A stretch of 64,000 nt of DNA from Mesorhizobium sp. Lineage in GTDB: Bacteria > Pseudomonadota > Alphaproteobacteria > Rhizobiales > Rhizobiaceae. Below are positions 50,653 to 60,080 of the stretch, one piece after another. The notes under the pieces are model-generated. The model made no database searches and was not told the DNA's origin. It worked only from the letters and a program-made list of their open reading frames with translations. The DNA lies in contig NZ_JANINM010000385.1 in NCBI RefSeq assembly GCF_024509055.1, positions 67,952-131,951 on the forward strand. The letters run 5' to 3'. The position numbers and the translations under genes are program-made. Every line of letters begins with the position of its first letter. Position 1 is the first letter of the stretch.

Positions 50653-52773
50653 TCAGGCGGCCTGGGGATAATCGTCGTCGACCGGTTCCTGTGTCGGCGC
50701 GTCACCAAGCGGGTTCGCACCGCTGTCCAGCTCGCTTCCATCCAGATCGTCACCGTCCAGCTCGTCACCGTCCGATCCGACGGCGTCACCGTCGTCAACG
50801 AAGGTCGAGCGCGCGGGTACGCGTTCCGGCCGTTCGACGTTGTCGAAGCGCATCGCCTCCGGAAGCCAGACCGTCGCCTTCTCGCGGATCTCCGCCTCGA
50901 CGATCCCCTGTCCGTTGCAGAGTGCCGCGCAGGTGGCCGCCAATTCGCCCTTCTTGGCATCCTTGTAGCGCCCGCGCAGGATCGGGCCGCCGATCTCCTC
51001 CAGCGCGTCGAGCATGACGTCCTTCTTCACCCGGCCGAAGTAATTCTCGGCCGTGGGACGCCACAAGCACGCGACCTGGATATCGAGCAGACGGCCAAGA
51101 TGATCGTGGAAACCGTTCGCGCGTGCGCCATCGGCAACGTTGAGCGTCGCCTCGAGGGTCTGCGCCACGGCAAACGCCACCCACGCGCCACGAGCATCGT
51201 CCGGCAGCGTTCGAAAAGCATCGAACCTCTCCGACATCGTGGTGTGCCCGACCCAGGTCGTGTCGAGATGCTGACGCTGATCCTCGATCGTCTGTGAGGC
51301 CATCGATGCTTCGTCACGAAAGGCGAAGATCGGAAATTGCGCGGGATCGGCACGCAGGGTCGAGTGATCGCGCACATAGCTGGTCGTGAAGACGAGGCTC
51401 TGGGCCATGAGGAAGATGGTCAGATCGAGCGCGATCATCGGATCGCTCGCGACGTGCGCAACGAGGATCTGGCGACGCTGGGTGGCTAGCTCCTCGATCA
51501 GCGTGGCGCTGAGCCGCGGGGACGGGTCCGCCACGGCGTCGTCACCGCTGCCGGTTTCGCCTGGTCCAGCGCCATTGCCGCTCGCAGCGCCACCCGCCCG
51601 GGGGTCAGCCAGCGGCTTTTCGCTGAACAGACGCGTGTGAACGCGGGCCTCGCCGTCACCGCCGATATAGACGAAGGTGCCCAAATTCGCTTTCACGCCC
51701 GGATCGATCGTCTTGCGGGCGGTGTCGATCTCCGCGATTTCGCGCTCGATCGTCTCAACGCGGTCGTTCGCCGCGTTCGCCTCGGGAGTGCCCTCGGCCA
51801 GATCGGTTTCCAGCGCCTCGATCAGCGCATCGTTCTCGAGGCCCAGCGCCTCGATCCGGGCTTGCTCTTCGTCGGTGAGGGGCCGAGCAACCGGGTGGAA
51901 TTCGTGGAGCTGCCGCTCGACATCATAGGGGACGTGGGTGGCAGCGATCGGGGTCACGAACGCCAGACCCTGCGCGGCTGCGAGTTCCGCCGCGGCTGCC
52001 TCGAGCTTCTTGGTCGCCAAGTCCTCGAGGAGGTCGACGTCGGTCCAGTTCTCGTCGTCGGTGTCGAGCGCGAATAGATCGCCGTCGATACGGCCGCCCG
52101 CGGCGACATAGGCTTCCCGCCCAACGAAGCGCGCCTTGGCATCGTTTGGCCGCACGGTACCGTTGAGGATCGCGCGGCGAATGTTGTCGGGCTGCTTGCC
52201 GTAATAGGAATGCTTCATCTGCTCGAAGACCCGCGCCTGGCGATCGACGTCGGCGGTCACGGCGTACGCCTGCGCCACGCCGAGATCGATTTCGTCCGAT
52301 CCAAGGGCCTCGAAGATGGCCGGCGCGAGGTCGGCGAGCCGCATGCGCTGCTCGACGAAACGAACGGTGACGGCCTGCTGGATCGCGACCTGTTCGACGG
52401 TCATGCCAAGCTGATCGATGAGATGCTTGAACGCGAGACAGTCGTCAGCCGGGTTCATCGGTACGCGCTGCCGGTTTTCCGCCAAGCTGGCGCCGACCGA
52501 AGCGGCATCATCAACCGACAGGACGAGCACGGGAACCTCGTGATCAGCCGCAAGTGCGCCGCGCCCGATGAGCAGCTGAATGGCGCGCAGCCGTCGACCG
52601 CCGGCCTTGACGGTGAAGGTGCCGGCCTTCTTGAGCGGCGTCACCACCAGATTTTGGAGGAGGCCGTTGGCAGCGATGCTGGCGGCGAGCTCCTCCAGGC
52701 CGACCTCCCGGCCACGCTTGCGCACATTGTCGTTCGAGAGCGAAAGGTTTTTGACCTTCACGGACTTGATCAT
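50653..52773 (-). CDS. Large ParB/RepB/Spo0J-family protein (plasmid leading-region type)
   Basis: NVRK..LAASIAANGLLQNLVV, AGGRRLRA, SLAENRQR..MNPAD, WRPTAENYFGRV, WLPEAMRF; GGAG RBS. Confidence 0.9.
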   Translation of the reverse strand: MIKSVKVKNLSLSNDNVRKRGREVGLEELAASIAANGLLQNLVVTPLKKAGTFTVKAGGRRLRAIQLLIGRGALAADHEVPVLVLSVDDAASVGASLAENRQRVPMNPADDCLAFKHLIDQLGMTVEQVAIQQAVTVRFVEQRMRLADLAPAIFEALGSDEIDLGVAQAYAVTADVDRQARVFEQMKHSYYGKQPDNIRRAILNGTVRPNDAKARFVGREAYVAAGGRIDGDLFALDTDDENWTDVDLLEDLATKKLEAAAAELAAAQGLAFVTPIAATHVPYDVERQLHEFHPVARPLTDEEQARIEALGLENDALIEALETDLAEGTPEANAANDRVETIEREIAEIDTARKTIDPGVKANLGTFVYIGGDGEARVHTRLFSEKPLADPRAGGAASGNGAGPGETGSGDDAVADPSPRLSATLIEELATQRRQILVAHVASDPMIALDLTIFLMAQSLVFTTSYVRDHSTLRADPAQFPIFAFRDEASMASQTIEDQRQHLDTTWVGHTTMSERFDAFRTLPDDARGAWVAFAVAQTLEATLNVADGARANGFHDHLGRLLDIQVACLWRPTAENYFGRVKKDVMLDALEEIGGPILRGRYKDAKKGELAATCAALCNGQGIVEAEIREKATVWLPEAMRFDNVERPERVPARSTFVDDGDAVGSDGDELDGDDLDGSELDSGANPLGDAPTQEPVDDDYPQAA

Positions 52774-53185
52774 CGGTCGTCTCCATCCGGAGTTGGCGCG
52801 CCGTCGACGACGTCGCGCGAGCCTGAACCTCAGGCCCACCAAGCCGAAGGCTCCCTCTCCTCCACTTCGATGGAACAGGACGACCGAGATGACGCACACA
52901 GTAGATGCGACGTGACGGCATCCCGCTCGTGCGTTCGAGACCTGCCCGGGAAGGTTCCTGTCAGAAATCAGTCAGCCAGCGGACGGCAACGTGCCCCGAG
53001 AACGATCGCGCGTCTTGGATGGGACCGCAGATCGTGGTCGTCGCCGATGCGCTGCCCTTAGCCATTCGCGCGATCCAAGGAGGGGGCGTCACATATAGTG
53101 GACCCGAATATACGCTAACGCCACGTCAGCGCGCCGTTTAGCGTCCCAATTGGGATGGTATTTCGGGATTATGGAAGTAGATCGG

Positions 53186-53668
53186 TTAGCCGGTTCCACC
53201 TGAGACATCAGGAGCCACTTTGGGGTCCGGGTCCTGCGCCTTGCCGGTCGCGGGTGCCACCTTCTGGCTCGGCATAGCGGTGAGATAAGCAACGATCGCA
53301 TCGACGTCCTTCTCGGCCACTGGCGCCTTATACACCTCACGCATCTTGGTGACGGTCGCCTTCCACTGATCCGCCGATAGCGCAGGCTGGGTCAGCGCCA
53401 TGCTGGCTGAGTGGCACGAGGTGCAATTGGCATTGATGACGTCGGCGTGCGGACCGTCGGGGTAGGTCGCGTCGTCGGCCGGCAGGTCGACGCTGGTCGA
53501 GGCAAGCGAGAAGCCGCGCGCTGACACGCTGGCGGCCGGCGCCGGCTCAGACATCTCGGAGATCGGAACGGGCGCCTTGCGGCTGCTCGGCGCGCCGATC
53601 GAGACGAGGATGATGCCGGTCAGGCCGATCAGGCCAGCAGCCATCATGCCGGGAGACGGAGTCTTCAT
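53186..53668 (-). CDS. Membrane-anchored c-type cytochrome (SorB-like)
   Basis: CTSCH, W...VTKM..Y.AP, IVAYL; downstream of the Mo enzyme. Confidence 0.85.
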   Translation of the reverse strand: MKTPSPGMMAAGLIGLTGIILVSIGAPSSRKAPVPISEMSEPAPAASVSARGFSLASTSVDLPADDATYPDGPHADVINANCTSCHSASMALTQPALSADQWKATVTKMREVYKAPVAEKDVDAIVAYLTAMPSQKVAPATGKAQDPDPKVAPDVSGGTG

Positions 53669-53682
53669 GATTTGCTCGCTCC

Positions 53683-54918
53683 TCAGGCCGCGATGATGGT
53701 GGTGGTTTCAATGTTGCCGCGCATGAACCCGCCGGGATTCCAGATCGGCTTCATCGGCTGAGCGACACCGTTGGTGTTCCAGCAGCGCACCATGATGGGG
53801 TTAGGCCCGCGTCTCAGCGGCACCCGCCCGTCCCAGCGCCGGAAGCTGTACCTGCCCTCGTCCGCTCCGAGCGTCGTCCTGTACCAGGTGCGGCCACCGT
53901 CCGACGACACATCGACCTTGGCGACGCCGCAATCGCCGCCCATTGCGATGCCGCCGACCGGGATCGACGCTTCATAGGCGATCGCCTGACCATCGGGCAG
54001 GCTGGTCATCCAGCTACGCGGGATCATGCGATTGATCGGTACGGTCGGGAAGTCCTTGGCACCGGGCGCGACATTCGCGCCGGGTGTCGCGGGGATCTTG
54101 TAGGCCTTGGCCATCCAATACTGGTCGTCAGGGCCGGGCAGTACCTCGATCGCGTTCAGCATCTTGACCCAATAGGTCGAGTACCAGCCCGGCACGATCA
54201 GCCGGCAGGGAAAGCCGTTGAGGAGCGGCAGTTGCTCGCCGTTCATGCCGAAGGCGATCATGACCTCGCCGTCGCGGGCATGGTCGATGTCGAGTGCCTT
54301 CTCGAAGTCAGGAGCGCCCGCCACGACCGGCTGATCGAGAGCGCCGAAGCGCACCTGCACCGCGCCTGCCTTGACCCCGGCGAGGTCGAGCACGTCGCGC
54401 AGGCGAACGCCGAGCCACTTGGCGTTGCCCATCGCGCCATTGCCCCATTGCGCGCCGGCGACGCGCGGCTGGAACAGCCCGCGGCTGTTGCCCGAGCACT
54501 GGTTCACCGCCGCCATCTCGACCCGTGGAAGGCGCAGCAGCTGAGCGAGGCTGATCGACAGCGGCCGATTGACGTGGCCGAAGACGTTGAGGCGGAAACT
54601 TTCGACGTCGATCGAGGTCGGTATGTCGGCCCAGTGCCAGCGGACGAAGAACTGGTCGTTGGGCGTGAACACCGACTTGTCGAAGACCTCCATCGGCGTC
54701 TCCAGCAAGGGTGGATGGACGCGCTGGAGGATCATGCTGCCCTTGCCGGGAAAGGCGCTGGTCATCGGCCGCTCGGCATTGCCGCCGGGCAGCTTCAGGT
54801 CGACGAGCTGCTGCGCCAGTGCCGGCGCGGCGGCAAGGCCGGCGGTGCCGAGCGCGGCATGGCTGAGGAAGCGGCGACGGCTGGTCTCACTCGCCAGCCC
54901 GGCGTCGAAATTGTCCAT
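53683..54918 (-). CDS. Tat-exported molybdopterin sulfite dehydrogenase (SorA-like)
   Basis: SRRRFL Tat motif, TPNDQFFVRWH, QCSGNSR, GNAKW.GV, NGFPCRLIVPGWYSTYWVK, WNPGGF. Confidence 0.9.
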   Translation of the reverse strand: MDNFDAGLASETSRRRFLSHAALGTAGLAAAPALAQQLVDLKLPGGNAERPMTSAFPGKGSMILQRVHPPLLETPMEVFDKSVFTPNDQFFVRWHWADIPTSIDVESFRLNVFGHVNRPLSISLAQLLRLPRVEMAAVNQCSGNSRGLFQPRVAGAQWGNGAMGNAKWLGVRLRDVLDLAGVKAGAVQVRFGALDQPVVAGAPDFEKALDIDHARDGEVMIAFGMNGEQLPLLNGFPCRLIVPGWYSTYWVKMLNAIEVLPGPDDQYWMAKAYKIPATPGANVAPGAKDFPTVPINRMIPRSWMTSLPDGQAIAYEASIPVGGIAMGGDCGVAKVDVSSDGGRTWYRTTLGADEGRYSFRRWDGRVPLRRGPNPIMVRCWNTNGVAQPMKPIWNPGGFMRGNIETTTIIAA

Positions 54919-55007
54919 GACAAGGCTCTCCTGTGGCCAGTCACGCTGGCGGATCGAAGGGGCATTCTGCAAGTGATCGGACCGACTGATCCGATCATCA
55001 TGGCGGA

Positions 55008-56159
55008 TCAGTTCGGGGTGGCGATGCAGGGCGAGACGAACAGGTTGCCCCGCCATGCACCGGCTAGCGTCTTGGCACCGACCAGCAGCCACATCGCCGC
55101 GAGCGCAACCGTCAGCACCGTGCCGACGATACCGAAAAACATAAGGTTCAGCGTCGTGCCGAGGCGGAAGGTGGCGACGGTGTAGACGCCGAGCGGGAAG
55201 GTGTAGCCCCACCAGCCGAGGTTGAACGGCACGCCCGCGCGCCAGTAGCGGATGGTGATAAGCGTCGCGAGCGCCAGCCACCACAGGCCGAAACCCCAAA
55301 GGCAGAGCCCGGCGACAACGCCGATCCCCTGCGCGACGGTGCCGACGCCGGCTAGCCCGTGCGCGGTGAGGATCGCCGGCGCATCCGCGCCGAGCACCAG
55401 CATGCCCAGAGCACCCGTGCCGATCGGCCCCAGCGCCAGCCAGGAAGATGCCGCCATGCTTTCATGCGGCAACTTGTGGAGTGCCATGCGCAGGATGAGG
55501 ATGGCGAGGATGCCAAACGCGACCGGCACCGAATAGGCCCACAGCACATAGGAGGTCGCGAGCGTCACTATCTGCGCGTGGGGATCGGTTAGATGCGGCG
55601 CGAGCAGCCCGCCGCTGGCGCCCGCCACTTCGGCAGCGACGACCGGCAGCAGCCATACGGCGGTCATGCCGTCCAGGCTGTGCTCGTGGCGGGTAAACAT
55701 CAGGTAGGGGATCAGCACGCCGCAGGCGAGCGACATGGCGACGTCGATCCACCACAGGATATGCGCGACCGGCACGATGCCATTTCCGAACCGCGCGATG
55801 CCGAAGGCGAGACAGCCGTTGATGATCGTCGCCAGCCCCATCGGAATGGTCCCGATGAACATCGACACGGTGTTGTGCCCGAAGATGCGCCGCGCCTCGT
55901 GCCCGAACATCACCCAGCGCGCGCCATAGAGGCCGGCGAACAGCGCGAAGAGCGCGATATTGAAGAACCACAACACCTCGCCGACAGGTTTAAGCGAAGG
56001 CCCGATGCCGGGCACCTGCGGCAGCGCGAGGGCAAGGATGCCCGTGCCCATCGTCGCGGCGAACCAGTTGGGCGTGAACTGGCGGATCATCTCGCGGGGG
56101 TGATCGAGCCGGCTGAGCGGCTTGAGGCCGCTGAGAACGGAGTGCGTGTCGGCAGTCAT
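55008..56159 (-). CDS. TDT (SLAC1/TehA/SSU1) family transporter
   Basis: FTPNWFAATMGTG, TAVWLLPVV, LGPIG, FNLGWWGYTFPLG; about 10 TM. Confidence 0.9.
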   Translation of the reverse strand: MTADTHSVLSGLKPLSRLDHPREMIRQFTPNWFAATMGTGILALALPQVPGIGPSLKPVGEVLWFFNIALFALFAGLYGARWVMFGHEARRIFGHNTVSMFIGTIPMGLATIINGCLAFGIARFGNGIVPVAHILWWIDVAMSLACGVLIPYLMFTRHEHSLDGMTAVWLLPVVAAEVAGASGGLLAPHLTDPHAQIVTLATSYVLWAYSVPVAFGILAILILRMALHKLPHESMAASSWLALGPIGTGALGMLVLGADAPAILTAHGLAGVGTVAQGIGVVAGLCLWGFGLWWLALATLITIRYWRAGVPFNLGWWGYTFPLGVYTVATFRLGTTLNLMFFGIVGTVLTVALAAMWLLVGAKTLAGAWRGNLFVSPCIATPN

Positions 56160-57028
56160 GCGACCTGCTCCTTGATGAGATCCGTCAGCGCGTCGGCCGC
56201 GCGGGTGCGATAGCGTTCCTTGTGGCGCAGCGCGTGAAAGGCGCGGTCGGGCAGCCCGAGCGGCAGCTCGACGAGATCGCCAGCCTTGAGCGCGCGCGCG
56301 ACGACCAATCGCGACAAGACGGCAACGCCGGCACCGGCCTCAACGGCGGTGCGCACCGCCTCGTTGGACGGCAGCGTCATCGCTATCGTCAGCTGGGCCG
56401 GATCAAACCCGCGCGTTCGCAGCACGTCCTCGAAAGTCGAGCGCGTACCCGATCCCTGCTCACGGACGATCCAGCGTGTAGTGCGCAGCCAGGCCTCGTC
56501 GATGCGTTCGGCTTCCTCGCGGCCGACCAGCACCATTGGGTCATGCCCGACATTCCAGTGGGCAAGCGCCGGTTCGTCCACCTCGCCCTCGACAAAGCCG
56601 AGTTCCGCCGCGCCGCTCAACACCTGCGCTGCCGCGCCTTCGGTGTTGTCGATCGCCAGCTCGACCGCGATCTGTGGGTGGCGTTCGTGGAAGGCGGCGA
56701 GCTTTGCCGGCAACCAATAGCTCGCGATCGTCTGGCTGGCGACGATCCGCAACGAACCACGCGCGAGCCCGGCATAGTCCGCGAGCATCGTCTCGGCATG
56801 CGCTGCCCGCCCCAGCACCGCGCGCGCTTCCTCCAGAAAGCCGCGGCCTGCCTCGGTAAGCTGGATGCCACGCCCGACGCGGTGGAACAGCGGAACGCCG
56901 TAGCGCGCTTCGAGGGCCGCAACCGCCCCGGAGGCAGCAGACTGCGTGACGTTCAGCGCCTCCGCTGCCTTGGTGACGTGTTCGCGCTCCGCGACACCGA
57001 CGAATATTCTGAGCTGCTCCAAAGTCAT
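56156..57028 (-). CDS. LysR family regulator (CysL/YeiE-like)
   Basis: MTLEQLRIF HTH, LFHRVGR, REQGSGTR, SNEAVRTAVEAG. Confidence 0.92.
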   Translation of the reverse strand: MTLEQLRIFVGVAEREHVTKAAEALNVTQSAASGAVAALEARYGVPLFHRVGRGIQLTEAGRGFLEEARAVLGRAAHAETMLADYAGLARGSLRIVASQTIASYWLPAKLAAFHERHPQIAVELAIDNTEGAAAQVLSGAAELGFVEGEVDEPALAHWNVGHDPMVLVGREEAERIDEAWLRTTRWIVREQGSGTRSTFEDVLRTRGFDPAQLTIAMTLPSNEAVRTAVEAGAGVAVLSRLVVARALKAGDLVELPLGLPDRAFHALRHKERYRTRAADALTDLIKEQVA

Positions 57029-57174
57029 GCATCATATATCGCGTACTTAGATCGATACGACCAACCGTTTGATATGGTCATTCCAATCTGGATATCGGAA
57101 TGGTCGGCAGCCTTTCGTCTGCGATGGTCTCGAAGACTTGAAGCGTTACGCGTGCCCGCGACGTTTGATCGTCC

Positions 57175-58242
57175 ATGACCGATATGATCGAGCGCAGTTC
57201 TGATCCCTACAATGCCAAGCCGACGCCCGGTGCGTTGATCGAGCGGTTTCTGACGCCGCAGGCGCTGTTCTACGTGCGCAGCCACGGGCCGGTGCCGGAT
57301 CTGCCCGCCAATCATCGGATCGAGGTGAGCGGGAGGGGCATGGCGAGCCGCTTCTTCTCGGTGCAGGAACTGAAGAGCACGTTTGCCACGCGCACGGTAA
57401 CGGCGGTTCTCCAGTGCGCCGGCAACCGGCGTACCGATCTCCAGCAGGTCGCCAACACCTCCGGCGATCCGTGGGACGTAGGCGCGATCGGCAATGCGGA
57501 GTGGACCGGCGTACGCTTGGCCGATGTGCTCGATGCGGTCGGCGCGCCGGATGCGTCCGAGCTGTTCGTGGCGTTCACCGGCGCGGACGAGGTGGACGTG
57601 GAGGGTGAAGAAGCCTTGTTCGGGGTATCGATCGCCATGAGCAAGGCGCGGGAGCCCGACGTACTCCTCGCCTGGGCGATGAATGGCGAGCCGCTGACGC
57701 CCGAACATGGCGCCCCGCTCCGCATGGTGGTGCCTGGCTATGCCGGGGTCCGCAGCGCCAAATGGCTGACACGGATCGAGGTGCGTGAAACGCCCTCCGA
57801 GGCACCGATCCAGGCGCACGACTACAAGCTCTTCCCCGCCGCTGTGACGAGCGACACCGTCGACTGGAGCCAGGGTCTGACGATCAATGCCATGCCGCTC
57901 AACGCCGCGATCTGCTCGCCCGGTGCGGGCGAGAGTTTGGCCGCCGGAGAGGTGCGGATTGAGGGATATGCCATTGCCTATGACCGCCGTATTTCTCGGA
58001 TCGAAGTGTCGGTGAACGGCGGTCGCGACTGGCAACAGGCGACCTTCGCCGATGATCCGGAGACGCGCTGGGGCTGGCGGCGCTGGATCCTTGACGCCAC
58101 ACTTGCCAAGGGACGCCAGCACCTTGTCGCCCGTGCCTTCGACGAGACCGGGCAGGGACAGCCCGAGCGGCCGGATACGATGTGGAATTTCGCCGGCTAT
58201 CTGTGCACCGCCTGGCATCACGTTCACGTGCTGGTCGAATGA
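57175..58242 (+). CDS. Sulfite oxidase family molybdoenzyme (no signal peptide)
   Basis: LTP..LFYVRSHG, LQCAGNRR, AIGNAEWTGV, HGAPLRMVVPGYAGVRSAKWL, WNFAGY. Confidence 0.92.
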   Translation: MTDMIERSSDPYNAKPTPGALIERFLTPQALFYVRSHGPVPDLPANHRIEVSGRGMASRFFSVQELKSTFATRTVTAVLQCAGNRRTDLQQVANTSGDPWDVGAIGNAEWTGVRLADVLDAVGAPDASELFVAFTGADEVDVEGEEALFGVSIAMSKAREPDVLLAWAMNGEPLTPEHGAPLRMVVPGYAGVRSAKWLTRIEVRETPSEAPIQAHDYKLFPAAVTSDTVDWSQGLTINAMPLNAAICSPGAGESLAAGEVRIEGYAIAYDRRISRIEVSVNGGRDWQQATFADDPETRWGWRRWILDATLAKGRQHLVARAFDETGQGQPERPDTMWNFAGYLCTAWHHVHVLVE

Positions 58243-58751
58243 TCGAAGCATCAGCGGCACCGGACGTCGCTTTCTGGATCGATGCGATTGGCCGGCTGGT
58301 GGTGGCGACCGCGGCCGGGATGGTGCTCGGCTGGGAACGCTCGCGTGAGAACCGGCAGATCATGGGCCTGCGGACGCTGGGTCTGGTCGGTCTGGCGAGT
58401 TGCATCGCCGTTCAGGCGATCGTGCATAGTGGCTTGCCGAACGTGAACGCCGATGCCGCAGGACGGGCGATGCAGGGCATTCTGTCCGGCGTCGGCTTCA
58501 TCGGTGCCGGTGCGGTGCTGCGGGTCGGCCAGGGTCAGGAAGTGCATGGATTGGCGACCGCCGCGTGCATCTGGGTGACAGCCACGATCGGCGCGGCAGC
58601 AGGGTTGGCGGTGTGGCCGCTCATCATCGGCGGGGTGAGCCTTGCAATGCTCGTCCTGTTCGTCGGCGCGCCGCTGGAACGCCGCATCCGCGAGCGAGCC
58701 CGTCTGACGCCGGCCGAGACCGACAGGAAGGATGTCGAGCGCAAGCCGTGA
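58239..58751 (+). CDS. MgtC/SapB family membrane protein
   Basis: LGWER..GLRT, GVGFIGAG, GLATAA.IW.TA.IG. Confidence 0.9.
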   Translation: MIEASAAPDVAFWIDAIGRLVVATAAGMVLGWERSRENRQIMGLRTLGLVGLASCIAVQAIVHSGLPNVNADAAGRAMQGILSGVGFIGAGAVLRVGQGQEVHGLATAACIWVTATIGAAAGLAVWPLIIGGVSLAMLVLFVGAPLERRIRERARLTPAETDRKDVERKP

Positions 58752-58802
58752 TCGCGCTGGACCGCCCGGTGCCCGTCGGCGCCGGGAGGCGGCAAGGCGC
58801 TA

Positions 58803-59573
58803 TCAGGACACAAGCGCGGCATCTGCCTGACGCCGGACTTCATCGGCGATCGGATGCAGTTCGGCCGCGGGTCGCTCGCCCACCACACTATAGCCGATCC
58901 CGTCGACCGCCCATGTGACCCGGCCCATGGTCCCGCTGGACGTGCTGGTCATGCTCGCGGTCTTGTCGATCTGCATGGGCCTCGTCAGCACTGCAAGTTT
59001 CGACGCTTGCGGTCCGTCGTAGAGGAGCAGTGCCGCAGGGCCGTGGGGCGTCGCGACCAGTCGCCCCCCGCCATAGCGATAGCCGGCCGTGCTGAGGTCC
59101 GGGATCGTGACGCGCTCACCCAATCGAGCGGAGGTCCATCGGATCAGCATGGCGCGCTGGTCGGGGCCGATCTCCGCCGGTCGTATCCGGTCGGCGGCAT
59201 AGACACGGAAATTATCACTCGCCTCGTTGGCCAGCGCCGCGATGCCCGCGCGGGGTTCGCCGCTCCACCGCGCGCTCGACCAGCCACCGCCAAACCCCAA
59301 CGCCAGCAGAAGTGACGCGGCGATGGCGAGCTGCCAACGCGGTTGCCGTTGCCGTCCCCTGATCGCTGCCACGCGCATCGTCGCCGGGATCGGTTCATCC
59401 GCGACGGGGGCGAACAGGGATGCAAGGGCTCGCGCCTGCTCCGCCTGCTCTCGCACACGGGCATGCACGTCCGGCTGGCCTTCAAGATAGGCGTCGACCA
59501 GGCGCTGCCGCTCGGGCGACAGCCTGCCATCGATCCATGCGGCCAGATCGTCCTCGCCGATCGGGCTGGTCAT
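58803..59573 (-). CDS. Transmembrane anti-sigma factor (PrtR/RsiW-like)
   Basis: L.AWIDG.L, single TM, PDLSTAGY..GGRL; coupled to the sigma gene. Confidence 0.85.
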   Translation of the reverse strand: MTSPIGEDDLAAWIDGRLSPERQRLVDAYLEGQPDVHARVREQAEQARALASLFAPVADEPIPATMRVAAIRGRQRQPRWQLAIAASLLLALGFGGGWSSARWSGEPRAGIAALANEASDNFRVYAADRIRPAEIGPDQRAMLIRWTSARLGERVTIPDLSTAGYRYGGGRLVATPHGPAALLLYDGPQASKLAVLTRPMQIDKTASMTSTSSGTMGRVTWAVDGIGYSVVGERPAAELHPIADEVRRQADAALVS

Positions 59574-60079
59574 TGCACGCTCCTCAATCGCGGCCGTTCA
59601 CCCTCCCGGAGGAGGGTCGCCAGACGGTCGCGCCCCCGCGATATGCGCGACATTACCGTGCCCAGCGGCACGCCGACTACGGCAGCGACCTCCGCATAGG
59701 GCAGGCCCTCGACCGAGACCAGGAGCAGCACCGTTCGCTGTTCTTCAGGCAACGCATCAAGCGCGCGCAGCAGGTCGCGGTGGTGCAGGCCTGTGTCCTG
59801 ATCGGCCGGGCGGCCGAGCGCGGCGTCGTCCACGAGGTGGAGCGGAACCGCCGTACCTCGCCGGCTATGCTGCCGCTGATGATCGACCAACAAATTGTGC
59901 AGGATCGCATAGACCCACGGGCGGACCTCCGCACCCCGTCGCTGTCGCCAGCGCCCGACCGCGCGCTCCAGGCAATCCTGCACCACGTCATCCGCCATCA
60001 CCCGGTCGCGCAACCACGACCGGGCATAGCGGCGCAGCCCGGGGATCAGCGGTTCGATCGCGGCGGCAAGCGGGTCCAT
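59570..60079 (-). CDS. ECF RNA polymerase sigma factor (ECF26-like)
   Basis: IPGLRRYAR..ADDVVQDCLERA, LPEEQR..EGL.Y.EVA..GTVMSRISRGR. Confidence 0.92.
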   Translation of the reverse strand: MDPLAAAIEPLIPGLRRYARSWLRDRVMADDVVQDCLERAVGRWRQRRGAEVRPWVYAILHNLLVDHQRQHSRRGTAVPLHLVDDAALGRPADQDTGLHHRDLLRALDALPEEQRTVLLLVSVEGLPYAEVAAVVGVPLGTVMSRISRGRDRLATLLREGERPRLRSVQ

Positions 60080-60080
60080 C

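Noticed and set aside
54919-55299. 538-aa form of the Mo enzyme (and similar long extensions of the relaxase, cytochrome b, resolvase 2 and 46692-47822 ORFs)
   Set aside because: The extensions overlap neighbouring genes or regulatory DNA; RBS and signal or catalytic motifs point to downstream starts.
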